Origin: Eledone cirrhosa
Taxonomy: Eukaryota
Direction of reading: 5' to 3'
Assembly: GCA_964016885.1 (NCBI GenBank)
Contig: OZ024740.1
Location: forward strand, 54,684,001-54,748,000
Length of the DNA stretch: 64,000 nt
This document shows positions 13,026-25,010 of this stretch, piece after piece. The notes below the pieces were generated by a model. It had not been told where the DNA came from. It saw only the letters and a program-made list of their open reading frames with translations, and did not search any database. Position numbers and translations under genes: made by a program. Position 1 is the stretch's first letter. Each line of letters begins with the position of its first letter.

Positions 13026-14390
13026 GGTTGTCTGACGGTGAAAACGTACTATTGTGAGCTTGTGTATGTTTCTTTGTTTTAACGTGTTTAAATCATTTAC
13101 TATTTCTTTCTTTTTTTTTCAAATGGGAGATAAGTAAACGTTTCCTCTCTCTTTTAGCTTGCTAACATGGCTCCTTTAAGAATGGAATGTTTGAATATTC
13201 GTGGTCTAGAGCCTTACTGGAAGCAGGATCTCTTGCTGAACGACCTCAGGTCACTAGATATGGATGTGACTGCTGTCAGCGACACCAGAATTTCCGACAC
13301 TCGTGCACTAGCCTCCATCAGATATGCGCATCTCTTTATGGGTGGTGGGGTGGCGATGCTGTTTAGCAAAGTTATGGGGTAACGACGATGTGACTGGACC
13401 CGGAAGTTATTGGTCCTGGACGTGAACAATAATGATGGCGGTGCCTTTACACTGATGGCCATCTATGCCCTGACAGAGGCCGGACGGCCGCTTTTTCTTT
13501 AGGCTTCTGGAAAACGTTCTTGGAACGTCTCACTATTTACTGTTAATGGGGTAGTGGAATAATGGCATTTTAGACGCACGCTGAGATTTGTGAGAGAACC
13601 TGATAGGAGTGGGGATGCTGCATGGTAGACCTAAATAGGAAACGTAGGTCAGGACCTGGTTACTGGAATCTTAACGCCTCATTCCTGGTGTATAAGAACT
13701 ACAGGAATCAGGTCATCAGTTGATTTGTGCAAAGATTGAAAGCGGCATCATCAATAACAGGTCGTGTGAGACTCGCAAAATAGATTAGTTCGATAGGTTT
13801 TAGGAAAGAAGTAGCCACAAAGAAACATAGAGAGTAGGGGTAGCGGGTAGTTAAATTAGACGAGATTATTAATAATGGCATTGAAACTGACGCGCTGGCG
13901 ACGACAATGGCATTAGACGATTTCATCAATGCGAAACAGGAAAGTTGCTGTTTCAGATGTAAAGCACACGCTCTAAGAGAGAAGAGAAAAAAATCTGTTC
14001 GAAGGGGCCGAGTGGTGGAAGCGCAGCGTGGTAACAAAACCACAATTAGGTCTTTGACAGACCGAGACGAACGTGATCTGAACGATTCCAGACAGATGTG
14101 TGTGTCCTTTTGCCAGCACTTTGCTGAACTGCTCGTGCGAAGCGCGATCTCTGAAGCAGTAGCAGCTTTCAATTCCTACTTCGATGACTTGCCGCATATC
14201 TCGCCAGCCAATGCTGAGCGTTGCGAAAGGCCGATAACTTCAATCGAGTTTGGGAATTCTTTAGTGGGCTGCACGAGTTGCAGGTCTCGCGGTTTGGGAG
14301 GTCTGCTCTACGACCTTTACGTAGACATACCAGCCTTGTTCTTCGATCTCCTTGAAGCGGTCAACTGTAATTGGTAGAAACTGGCGGCAA
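13026..14390 (+). mobile_element. Old, internally deleted Tx1/L1-group LINE copy
   Basis: MAPLRMECLNIRGL...LLNDLRSL matches the APE start at 6718, and ORF 13907-14377 aligns with 7550-8020. The 5' end (cgtactattgtgagct) resembles 4561-4576. ORF1 is missing. Confidence 0.85.
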
Positions 14391-14534
14391 CTAGCCAAGC
14401 AAAATGTTTTTAATGCATCGTTGTAATGAAACGATCCGCTGAGTATCAGGAAATCGCTTTACACAACCGAGGTAAAAACACTTTTTTAAAATATTAATGA
14501 GAAAATTCAAGCAATCTAAAATTACTAAGTATTA

Positions 14535-14622
<88 letters not shown>

Positions 14623-14637
14623 ACGTATGCATACTTA

Positions 14638-14671
<34 letters not shown>

Positions 14672-15129
14672 TATATTTATATATTTATATACTGATTTTT
14701 CTGTCTGTTTCCCTATGCAAACTGAAACGGCTTAACCAAATCAAATTTAAGAGGTATTAGACACCGGGATTAACAACATGTAATAACGAGCCCACACATA
14801 CACACACACATACAGACACACACATCTAAAAAAAAAAGAGAGAGAGAGAGGCAGAGAGTGATAGAGATAGGCAGTTACACAGAGAGAAATACAAGAGAAA
14901 TACAATTAGATATGAAGAGGGAGAGAGAGAGATGGGGGGGGGGGGGGGGGCGTCCCAGAGTAGTCTGGAATCAGCTTAAACTATAGATCAAAGTATCAGT
15001 TGAATGTTTTACAATATTGAGTTAGCTTTTACAAAGTCGTTTTACACCAATTTTTTGATTTTACAGAAAACAGAAAAAATTTACACTATTTGAAATTAAT
15101 CTACGGTCTATATTAATTTACCATTTTTA

Positions 15130-15480
15130 GAATAGTGTCAGAATATGAGACGGGAAATAGAAAGTTTAAGACAACATAAAAGACGATCGCAACATTCTGA
15201 AAGTGTACAAAAGCTGAGATAGGAAACAGAAAGTTTACGGCAAGATGAAAGACTATCGCAATAAACAGAGGTTCAATATGAAAATCACCAAGAAGTAATG
15301 ACAGTTGCAATGCAAACTCGACGAGCACAAAGGACTCTTCAAGATAGAATAACCTGTCTAAAGCTGTGTTTTCATATGATCCATCGAAGAATTATAGAAA
15401 TGATCCCATAGTTGCGATTGGTTGCATTAATATTACACTTGGCATGTGTTGCTTATGAGGAAAGGTCTTACGTCCACTGA
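15130..15480 (+). mobile_element. Decayed Helitron RepHel N-terminal fragment
   Basis: Degenerate charged tandem repeats, then AVFSYDPSKNYRNDPIVAIGCINI, resembling the Helitron N-terminal motif that precedes the Cys cluster. Confidence 0.45.
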
Positions 15481-16184
15481 TGACAGGACACTCCAGCTTT
15501 TATCCATATACTGCCTACAGACCATACTAACGAAGCTAAACACTGTATATTTCTGCGTTTCAGATAACTCCCTTTGGGGCTGATAAAGATCAAACTGACT
15601 ATGGTTATTTCACAACATTTTAAATCCAAAGCCAATGCTACCATTTAATCGGCAGTTTACCCACCCAGCCTAATAAGGAAGTTGTATGATTGTTTTTTCC
15701 ATCTCTCTCTCTCTCTCTCTCCCTCTCTCTCTCTGACACACACTCACACACACTCACTCACATTACGGTATCACCTCATACTGTAAACCAGAAACACAGC
15801 CAATACAGTCTTTTTCTCTTTTATCCGTCTTCTCTTAATATATATCTACTTATATATATAACCAGCAATTTCTCTGTCTGTCTGTCCGACAGTGGAAACA
15901 CGTGCGTAGAGAGAGAGTGAGAGTGAAAGAAAGAGACAGACTACGAGAGGGGGATAGCGGGAGGGAGAGAGGGAGAGAGAGAGAGAGTGAATAGACGCTA
16001 AAACACCTGCTACAGAAATATTACCTTCCCCTCTCCACTGACTTTGGTCACTGAGGCCGAGGGAATCGCGCTGAGCGCATCATATTGACGTAATGCAGAC
16101 AGCCAGACATACAGACAGATATTATAAGGGCGCAACATTATATCTATGTATCTATCTAAAAAGAAAGACTAAGAATTATATAGA

Positions 16185-16368
16185 GAGAACGCTAAATCGC
16201 CTAATGCCGTCCCTAGGGCATTGAAAATTTGAAATAACTTTTGCTCAAAACACTCACAGGACCATAAGTATTACATGTCTAAAGTTTGAAAACAATCGGT
16301 TGGATGGTTCTCAAGTTTTAGTGAGCTGACAGACAGACAGACATACATTCTCTGTTTTAGATATATAG
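16185..16368 (-). mobile_element. Inverted 5' fragment of a non-autonomous Helitron
   Basis: Diverged reverse complement of 16406-16560. Begins TCTATATATCTAAAACAGAGAATG. Confidence 0.7.
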
Positions 16369-16405
16369 ACTAGCAGAAAACCGCCCCCCGGTTGTTTTCT
16401 GCTAG

Positions 16406-17254
16406 TCTATAAATATAAAACAGAGAATGTCTGTCTGTCCGTCTGTTTCCCTAAAACTCGAGAACCACCCAAACGATTTCTTTCACATGTAAGACTTATG
16501 GCCGTGTGAGTGTTTTGAGCAAAAAATATTTTCAATGCCCTAGGGACCGCATTAGGCGAAACACCGCATATTTTAGGCATTAAAGGCTTTTTTGAGGCAT
16601 AACGGAACAATGATCCAGGCGATTTCTTCAAAGTTTGCATTATTTATGTCGTTTAAATTCTTTTGAGCAAAAAAAATTTTCTCATTTTTCGCCCCAGGGA
16701 TAACATTAGGCGAAAAACCGATTTTTAAAAGCATTTGGTTGCGTTAGGGCTTGTAATTCGAGAAGTACCCAACCGATGTTTTTTAAACTTTGCATATGCA
16801 TTACTTATGTTTCACAGATTTTCTTGCCTGAAAAAAATTTCAAACGTTTGCCCGGGGACGACATTGTTTAGCATTTCGGTTGCGTTAGGGCCTGTAACCT
16901 TAAAAGTATCCAACTAAATTACTTCATGCTCTCCACCACTGCAGTCCCACATGCTTACTGCTCTGTAACTATTGCTTTCATTGTACCATAGCACAACAAA
17001 TACATGTTCGGTTTGTCGAATGCCTTTTTACTTAACCCTATCGTCTTGGCTTTCGTGGGTTGGACATTTTACTCACATGCACCAAATTAAGTTAAATCCC
17101 TGGTAATCTACGACAAATTTTTCTATTAAGCACTAAATCTAGACGCCATCCCCGGGCCGAGGTATTCCGTACTTCTCTGTACAGTTTCAGAAAGGAGGTA
17201 TAAACATGCCAATCTATGTTTAGAATCCCGAACAACGCCGGGCCATTCTGCTAA
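16406..17254 (+). mobile_element. Non-autonomous Helitron
   Basis: 5' TCTATAAATATAAAAC. 3' hairpin cccg-aacaacgc-cggg, then CTAA|T. Confidence 0.75.
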
Positions 17255-17612
17255 TATATATATATATATATATGTGTGTGTGGGTGTGTGTATGTGTGCG
17301 TGTGTGCGTGTGTGTGTGTGCGTGTGTGTGTGCGTGTGTGTGTATCCCGAAGCATGACATGTGACTAAAGCATACTACTTAAGTTTTATATATACATTCA
17401 AGGGCATATATTCGTTGATTTCATAACGTACAGTATGAAAAATAAAAATGTAACGAGTGACTTACTTCAGTCTAAATTCAAATTAATGTTCAACATAACG
17501 TATATTTTACGTGTTATATATTTGCGCATAAAAAAATCTGAAATTGGTCCCGTCAGGAATGAAACTATTAGTTTTAATGTGCTCACGTAGATAATAAAGG
17601 AAACTTCAAACT

Positions 17613-17686
17613 TAGCCAACAAGGGAACTGAAACCCCGACATGCGCACTATTAGCACGCTGCTCTACCCAAGTAAGTTAACGGACC
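17613..17686 (-). pseudogene. tRNA-Ile(AAU) pseudogene
   Basis: 74 nt ggtccgttaacttacttgggtagagcagcgtgctAATagtgcgcatgtcggggtttcagttcccttgttggcta, colinear with eukaryotic tRNA-Ile(AAU) as I recall it. Stems and T-loop are degraded. Confidence 0.65.
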
Positions 17687-17889
17687 TTTCATGTTTTAGA
17701 CATTAGAAATTAAGGAGTAGAAGGGACATCTATACATATATTTTGAAATATACACTACATACCAGTGTGTGCCTGGGTATATATATATATATATATGCGA
17801 GTGTGTATGTGTATGTGAGAGAGAGAGAGAGAGTGTGTGTGTGTGTATGTATATCAAACAGACATACATCATACATACATATATATTTA

Positions 17890-17972
<83 letters not shown>

Positions 17973-19048
17973 TGAAAATGCTCAATCAAGCCATGGAGAA
18001 TTATTTATCATGGTAGAAGCTTATGGCTAAATCAGACAACGAAGAAGACTTGCATTGTAGCCATCTAATGAATAGAACCAATTAGACTAATACGAAATCG
18101 TGGAGCACAAAGTTCAAAGACTTCGAAACTCCCCACGCCCGCTCACACACACACATACACACACACACCATCAATTTCTCTACCTCATACACGCATTCAC
18201 ACACTCTCTCTAACTCTCTGCCTCGTTCACACTCACACATACAGATACAGGAAGAACGGGAGTAATGCATTGGAAGAGGTCATTAAACTCTTAGACTATA
18301 TTCCGTTCCCCTTCTTTTTTACTTAATAGTCGTAAATAAGACCATAGGATACCACAAATATATTGCCCGAATCTTTAAGTTTGCTGTTTTTCTAATATTA
18401 TTTTTGTTCTTCTTGCTGCGCGTAATAACAAATAAATTAGAGTTCCTATTTCCGCTAACCCTTTTAGTAAATATTGCAGGAAGTTTGAAATACTGTTCAT
18501 CAGTTGACTGATCGATAAGTTCTCTTCTTTGACGAGAAAGTTCTAGTTGCCATCATGTATATATTATTTTTGTTGTTTCTATTTCTTAACGCACCTCTGT
18601 TTCTTCAAATTCAGAATTGTATACTATTAAATATATTACCAGTGGCTCCATCATTACTACTTAAGTATATGGAACTTAAACGTAAATATTAAAAAATATT
18701 TCGACGATATAACTAAATATTGTGCATTTGTTCCAACTTAAAATATAATTTTGTTTGTGATACAATCGTAGTGTGTTTGTATAGGAGGATACGACATACG
18801 TAATTCAGTTAGATATTTAGAGCAAAAAATGATGAGGAATGTTATCTATTTATACATGTGGCTACATAACATTTTGTATGTTTATGTAGGTGTGCGCGAC
18901 AGAGAAAGTACGGGCGAGTACATGCGAAAGTAGCCTACGTGTGTTCATACGTACATAAAAAAAATACAAATATAAAAATATTGCTATTCATAGTTTTGTA
19001 TGTATGTATGTATGTATGTATGTATGTATGTATGTATGTATGTATGTA

Positions 19049-20940
19049 CGGGAGAGATGACCCCTTAGCCTTTGTCAAGGCAGAATTCTAGGAGAAGGAA
19101 AACTCTGATATAACACCTGCAGCCCTGATGGTATCCAATGATGTTGACTCGTTCTTCTTTTTGGTAAATATCATCTCGGTTAAGAGAGTGGGACTGGCTT
19201 TGTGCATTGCCTTTGCTCACTATAAAAGCTTCACGGCACAGGCATTGCTTTATATCTGGAGATCTCTCTGCACTTGTTGTCACATGGTACCATGGGCCCT
19301 GCACTGTGTCAATAATTGTCATAAGTGTAGCGTTTGTACCAGAGATTTCAAGTCGCTGGCTGGACTTAAAAGTCACACTCGTTCAGCGCATCGGTAGGGG
19401 TTCTCCTACATGGATATAAAGTAGTGGCCGTACTCGAAAACGAGTTGGCAGCCACCATGTATGTATGTATATACAAAAGCTATAAAAGCTTCACGGCACA
19501 GGCATTGCTTTATATCTGGAGATCTCTCTGCACTTGTCGTCCGTCACATGATACCATGGGCCCAGCACTGCGTGTCAATAATTGTCACAAGTGTAGTGTT
19601 TGTACCAGAGTTTTCAAGTCGCTGGCTGGACTAAGAAGTCACACTTGTTCAGCGCATCGGTGGGGGTTCTCCTACATGGATATAAAGTAGTGGCCGTACT
19701 CGAAAACGAGTTGGCAGCCACCATGTATGTATGTATGTATGCATGTCAGGTCACCAGTTGATGCTACTGGTAACATGTATTCCAGTATAACGTGTCTCAT
19801 GGTCGCGTCGTGGCGACTAAACTGGCAACCTCACGAAGGTTTCTTGGTGAGGAGGGTGACTTTGGACATCCTGCAGGACTAAAAACAAAACCTGTCAAAG
19901 GGCAACGGAGCTCTTAAGAGTCAATGGCCATCCAAAATCACCGGGAGAGATGACCCCTTAGCCTTTGTCAAGGCAGAATTGTAGGAGAAGGAAAACTCTG
20001 ATATAACACCTGCAACCCTGATGGTATCCAATGGTGTTGACTTGTTCTTCTTTTTGGTAAATATCATCTTGGTTAAGAGAGTGGGACTGGCTTTGTGCAG
20101 TGCCTTTGCTCACTATAAAAGCTTCACGGCACAGGCATTGCTTTATATCTGGAGATCTCTCTGCACTTGTCATCACATGGTACCATGGGCCCAGCACTAT
20201 GTGTCAATAATTGTCACAAGTGTAGTGTTTGTACCAGAGTTTTCAAGTCGCTGGCTGGACTAAAAAGTCACACTCGTTCAGCGCATCCGTAGAAGTTCTC
20301 CTACATGGATATAAAGTAGAGGCCGTACTCGAAAACGAGTTCGCAACCACCGTGCATGTATCCATGTTGGTGCTACTGGTAACATGTATCCCAGTACAAC
20401 CTGTCTCATGGTTGAGTCGTTGGTGACTAAACTGGCAACCCCACCAAGGTTTCTTGGTGAGGAGGGTGACTTTGGACATCCTGCAGGACTAAAAATAAAA
20501 CCTGTCAAAGGGCAAAGGAGCTCTTAAGATTCAATGGCCATCCAAAATCACCAGAAGAGATGACCCCTTAGCCTTTGTCAAGGCAGAATTCTGGAAGGAA
20601 AACTCTCATATAACACCTGCAACCCTGATGGTATCCAATGATGTTGACTTGTTCTTCTTTTTGGTAAATATCATCTTCGTTAAGAGAGTGGGACTGGTTT
20701 TGTGCAGTGCCTTTGCTCACTATAAAAGCTTCATGGCATAGGCATTGCTTTTTATCTGGAGATCTGTTTGCACTTGTCGTCACATGGTACCATGGGCCCA
20801 GCACTATGTGTCAATAATTGTCACAAGTGTAGTGTTTGTACCAGAGTTTTCAAGTCAGTGGCTGGACTAAAAAGTCACACTCATTCAGCGCATCGGTAGG
20901 GGTTCTCCTACATGGATATAAAGTAGTGGCCGTACTCGAA
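19049..20940 (+). mobile_element. Tandem array (~610-bp unit, about 3 copies plus a partial duplication) of a non-autonomous RTE-derived element
   Basis: tcaatggccatccaaaatcacc occurs at 19921 and 20531. Each unit ends in CSVCTRxFKSLAGLxSHTRSAH coding sequence, hairpin ctcg-aaaa-cgag and an (ATGT)n tail. Sits within (TATG)n. Confidence 0.7.
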
Positions 20941-20993
20941 TGTATGCATGTATGTATCTAAATATGTATGTATGTATGTAAGTTTATATGTGC

Positions 20994-21067
<74 letters not shown>

Positions 21068-21164
21068 GTATGAATGTATGTATGTACAAAGAGATAGAGT
21101 GATAGATGGAAATATGGATATATATGTATAAATATATATAATATATATATATGAACATATTCAC

Positions 21165-21348
21165 GACCCTGACGGCCGTACTCCGGCCGTTTCCACATGT
21201 AGATCCGAACCTTTTTGATCTAACTGTCGAAATGGCCGGAGCTCAACCGTCGGGGGTCATGAATCTGTTCATATTACTCACTCTATTCCCCGATGTACCG
21301 AGTATTCTGGTGGGTTATGGTCCACCTGATATTTTACAACACCTTATC
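21165..21348 (+). mobile_element. GC-rich hairpin-plus-tail element in (TA)n; family copies at 51255-51352, 51923-52104, 59230-59280, 60348-60542
   Basis: Shared gaccccgacggctgagctc...gagctcagccgtcggggtc stem and shared tail cactctactac...gagtactttggtgcgttatggtccacctg. Confidence 0.7.
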
Positions 21349-21365
21349 TGATATATATATATATA

Positions 21366-21890
21366 TATTAATAAAAACAATGAATAAAAACAAAGAACAA
21401 GTTCTTTATATTAAAAAATTCATCATTTTACGATCGTTTCTAGGATATATATGTGTGTGTTGGTATGTATATCATATAGATCTATGTAAAACTTTTATAA
21501 ACTATCAGAGGAAATATACATACTTACACATATATATGCTGTCTTCAGAGATAATCTGAACATTATTTCTGAAGACAGCATATATATGTGTAGGTATGTA
21601 TATTTCCTCTAATAGTTTGTAAAATGTTTACATAGATCTATATGATATACATACCAACACAGACATATATATCCTAGAAACGATCGTAAAATGATGATTT
21701 TTTTAATATAGAGAACTGTTTCTTTGTTTTTATTCATTGTTTTTATTAATTTATCTTGACTCTGTTTTCCTGTGATTTTCATCGGAAAAAAATTTTGAAT
21801 ACATCTTCTTTTTTCATGATATTTGGATTACATTGAGTTCTTCATACTGATTGGACAGTACCGTATACTTTGGTAGATTTATCTACACAT
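21366..21890. mobile_element. Palindromic element (arms 21366-21555 and 21562-21750) plus a one-sided tail, PLE inverted-pLTR-like
   Basis: Near-perfect ~190-bp arms with a 6-nt centre. Each arm holds a hammerhead. Flanked by (TA)n. Confidence 0.8.
21561..21696 (+). ncRNA. Type I hammerhead ribozyme with ~100-nt stem II domain (mirror copy 21421-21555 on minus)
   Basis: CAUUAUUU-CUGAAGA-C AGcAUAUAUAUGU...ACAUAUAUAUcCU A-GAAA-CGAUCG-UA-AAAUGAUG. Stem I has 8 bp, stem III is palindromic, the site is GUA. Confidence 0.75.
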
Positions 21891-21899
21891 ATATATATA

Positions 21900-23385
21900 T
21901 ATAAAGAATTAGTATATCTACCAACATGTGTATACAGATGCATACCTATGCTAGCAAATATATGTTTTGTCTTAATAACTTTGTGGTTCTATGCAAGGGG
22001 ATGCAGAACAATTATATGGAAGACGTAAATAAGAAAGTTAAGAAAATTGACTTACTTACTAAAATTTCACTCCAACTAATTAGTTTCTGTAAGGGGATAA
22101 ATATGGTGACGGAGCGTATCCACAGAGAAACCTTACGTCATCAGGGAGTCTATTCTCAGCTAAGCTTCCAGGCAATGCGAGGACACTGGGAACTTATATA
22201 AAAATAATTCAGTGGATGGAAAAAAGCGAGCGGGGATTAGATTCCAAGACATTGAAAAATTCACTGCCTACTTGGTCAAGTGGCAAATTCAAAAGAATCA
22301 ATCACGTGACACTGAGGTTAATCAGTGAGGAGTGGGGTGCTATTAAGACAGGGCCTAGCCACTACTATTAATCATAGTAGTAATTTCGGCAAGTTTTGCT
22401 CAACAAATAATTTGGAGTTAATTATAAAGAATTAGTATATCTACCAACATATGTATACAGATGAATACCTATGCTAGCAAATATATATGTTTTGTCTTAG
22501 TAACTTTGTGGTTCTATGCAAGGGGATGCAGAACAATTATCTGAAAGACGTAAATAAGAAATTTATGAAAATCGACTTACTTACCAAAATTTCACTCCAA
22601 CTAGTTAGTTTCTGTAAGGGGATAAATATTGTTAGGAGCGTATCCACAGAGAAACCTTTTTTCCATCCACTGAATTATTTTTATATAAGTTCCCAGTGTC
22701 CTCGCATTGCCTGGAGGCTTAGCTGAGAATAGACTCCCTGATGACGTAAGGTTTCTCTGTGGATACGCTCCGTAACCATATGTATCCCCTTACAGAAACT
22801 AACTAGTTGGAGTGAAATTTTAGTAAGTCAATTTTCATAACTTTTGTATTTACGTCTTTCATATAATTGTTCTGCATCCCCTTGCATAGAACCACAAAGT
22901 TACTAAGACAAAACATATATATTTGCTAGCATAGGTATGCATCTGTATACATATGTTGGTAGATATACTAATTCTTTATAATTATCTCCAAATTATTTGT
23001 TGAGTAAAACTTGCCGAAATTACTACTATGATTAATAGTAGTGGCTAGGCCCTGTCTTAATAGCACCCCACTCCTCACTGATTAACCTCAGTGTCACGTG
23101 ATTGATTCTTTTGAATTTGCCACTTGACCAAGTAGGCAGTGAATTTTTCAATGTCTTGGAATCTAATCCCCGCTCGCTTTTTTCCATCCACTGAATTATT
23201 TTTATATAAGTTCCCAGTGTCCTCGCATTGCCTGGAAGCTTAGCTGAGAATAGACTCCCTGATGACGTAAGGTTTCTCTGTGGATACGCTCCGTAACCAT
23301 ATTTATCCCCTTACAGAAACTATTTAGTTGCAGTGAAATTTTAGTAAGTAAGTCAATTTTCATAACTTTCTTATTTACGTCTTTG
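21900..23385. mobile_element. 521-bp hammerhead-containing repeat: ~1.4 units on minus joined back-to-back with ~1.4 units on plus
   Basis: Direct repeats at 21903/22424 and 22657/23178. The two halves are reverse complements. Bounded by (TA)n. Confidence 0.85.
22733..22813 (+). ncRNA. Type I hammerhead ribozyme (copies at 23254-23334 plus and 22069-22149 minus)
   Basis: ACUCC-CUGAUGA-C GUAAGG...CCUUAC A-GAAA-CUAACUAG-UU-GGAGU. The minus copy has a fully palindromic stem III, CUAAUUAG. Confidence 0.75.
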
Positions 23386-23697
23386 ATATATATATATATA
23401 TATATCAGATAATCTGATATATTATATACAATATTAGAAGGACGATTTTTAAGCCTTCATTACGTTTATTGATTAGTTTCGCTATTGATCAGGTGAAGTT
23501 TCGATCAGTATCGATCTGGCCCGACTCTAATATCAAAAGCTTATCAGACCTCTGCTGTCGTAAAATACATATACACACACATATATATATATATATAGAG
23601 AGAGAGAGAGGGAGGAGACAGAAAGAGTGGGTGAGAGAGAATAATGTAGTTAATACGTAGTATTGGAAGATATGCAATAAATGAGTAATAAATTCTT

Positions 23698-23995
23698 TTT
23701 AAAAGCCGATACAATGCAGTAGAAAAATACGAAGGACAAATGATGAGTGACAAATGAAACAAAACAAAGGGAAGTAATGTTTTACCCAGTGTACTTTAGC
23801 ATGATATATCAGAGCTATTAATCTCTTTTCATATGCGAGGCTCAAAGAGTTTGTTTTGTGTTGGACAGCATCTGAAAAGTGGGTAACAGCCCTAAATGCC
23901 ATGCTAAAATGCACTGGTTACTTTGTTTTGTTTTGTTTCATTTGCCAAAAATTGCCCATCGTATTTTTCTGCCGCATTGTACCGGCTTTAAAAAA
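23698..23995. repeat. Diverged foldback/MITE-like inverted repeat
   Basis: tttaaaagccgatacaatgcagtagaaaaatacga pairs with tcgtatttttctgccgcattgtaccggctttaaaa. Arms are ~130 bp. Confidence 0.7.
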
Positions 23996-24869
23996 CAAAT
24001 TATCGGTTTTTACTCTATCTCTCTCTCTCTGTTTCTCTCTCTCTTTTCTTTTTCTCTCGCCCTCTCTCTCTATATATATATAGAGAGAGAGAGGGAGAGA
24101 GGGAGAGAGAGTGAGGAAGAGAAAGAGCGAGAGAGAGAGAGAGATGAAGAGAAAGGGCGAGAGAGGGGGGAGTGAGATAGGTGGATATAAATATAGATAT
24201 AGATATATATCTATATATAGTTAATTAATTAAACAAAACAAACACAAGAATGCAAAATTACACAGATATATTAAGGTCACACTTAGAAAAAATGGAGGAA
24301 GATTCGACGTTTTGGACAGTTTTGGAAGAAAAAGAAAAAAAGAAAAACTGGTAGATTATATATATATATGTATATATTGTGAGGAAGAAATAGAGAGTAG
24401 TGACGAAAGATAACTACAGAAAACTGGTGTGAAATAATAAAATGCCAGTAATAAAAAGTAATACTGCCAAAGTGCCTGAAAAGACATCAATATAACTTTA
24501 TTTTGTGTAACTCAATATGAAGAAATTTTGAAATGTTGCTGAAACATTCTTTAACAAATTTTTGCTGGTCTCCGTGCGACTATTTTTGCAATCATTCCTT
24601 CAATCTATAATTTCTCTCCCTGTACCCAGCGGCACAATATTGTGACATCATAGACTAACATCAAAGCTGATGCGTTCCCTGGCAACATATATGGCGTCCT
24701 TCATAACCTCAACTGGACACACAAATGAATAGGAGCCAATCATGCATATTGATAAACTTGAACATGTAATGTAAAAATAAACACAATTGGGAAGCAAGGG
24801 ATTGAACTCTCTAGAATGAAAAAGAGCAATAACAATTTTCTTTTTTCTTCTTTTGTATGTACTTTAACA

Positions 24870-25010
24870 TGGATTTCACGTCATCATTTAAAAAATGTTT
24901 TTTTATGTTTTGCGACTACATTTTCATCGGTTTTATACAATGACGTGCTCGACCTGCGGCAATTTTAATATAAAAGACAGCCACAGAAAATGCGTATCTC
25001 ATTCTTATTT
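24870..25010 (+). promoter_or_regulatory. Candidate Pol II core promoter (TATA + Inr) with CRE-like sites
   Basis: TATAAAAG at 24969 and TCATTC with its A at 25001 (spacing -32). TGACGTG near 24941 and its reverse complement near 24878. Confidence 0.3.

Noticed and set aside
19750-19830. HDV-like ribozyme at the 5' end of the RTE-derived unit
   Set aside because: P2/P4-like pairings and CUAA are present, but I could not build P1, P3 or P1.1.
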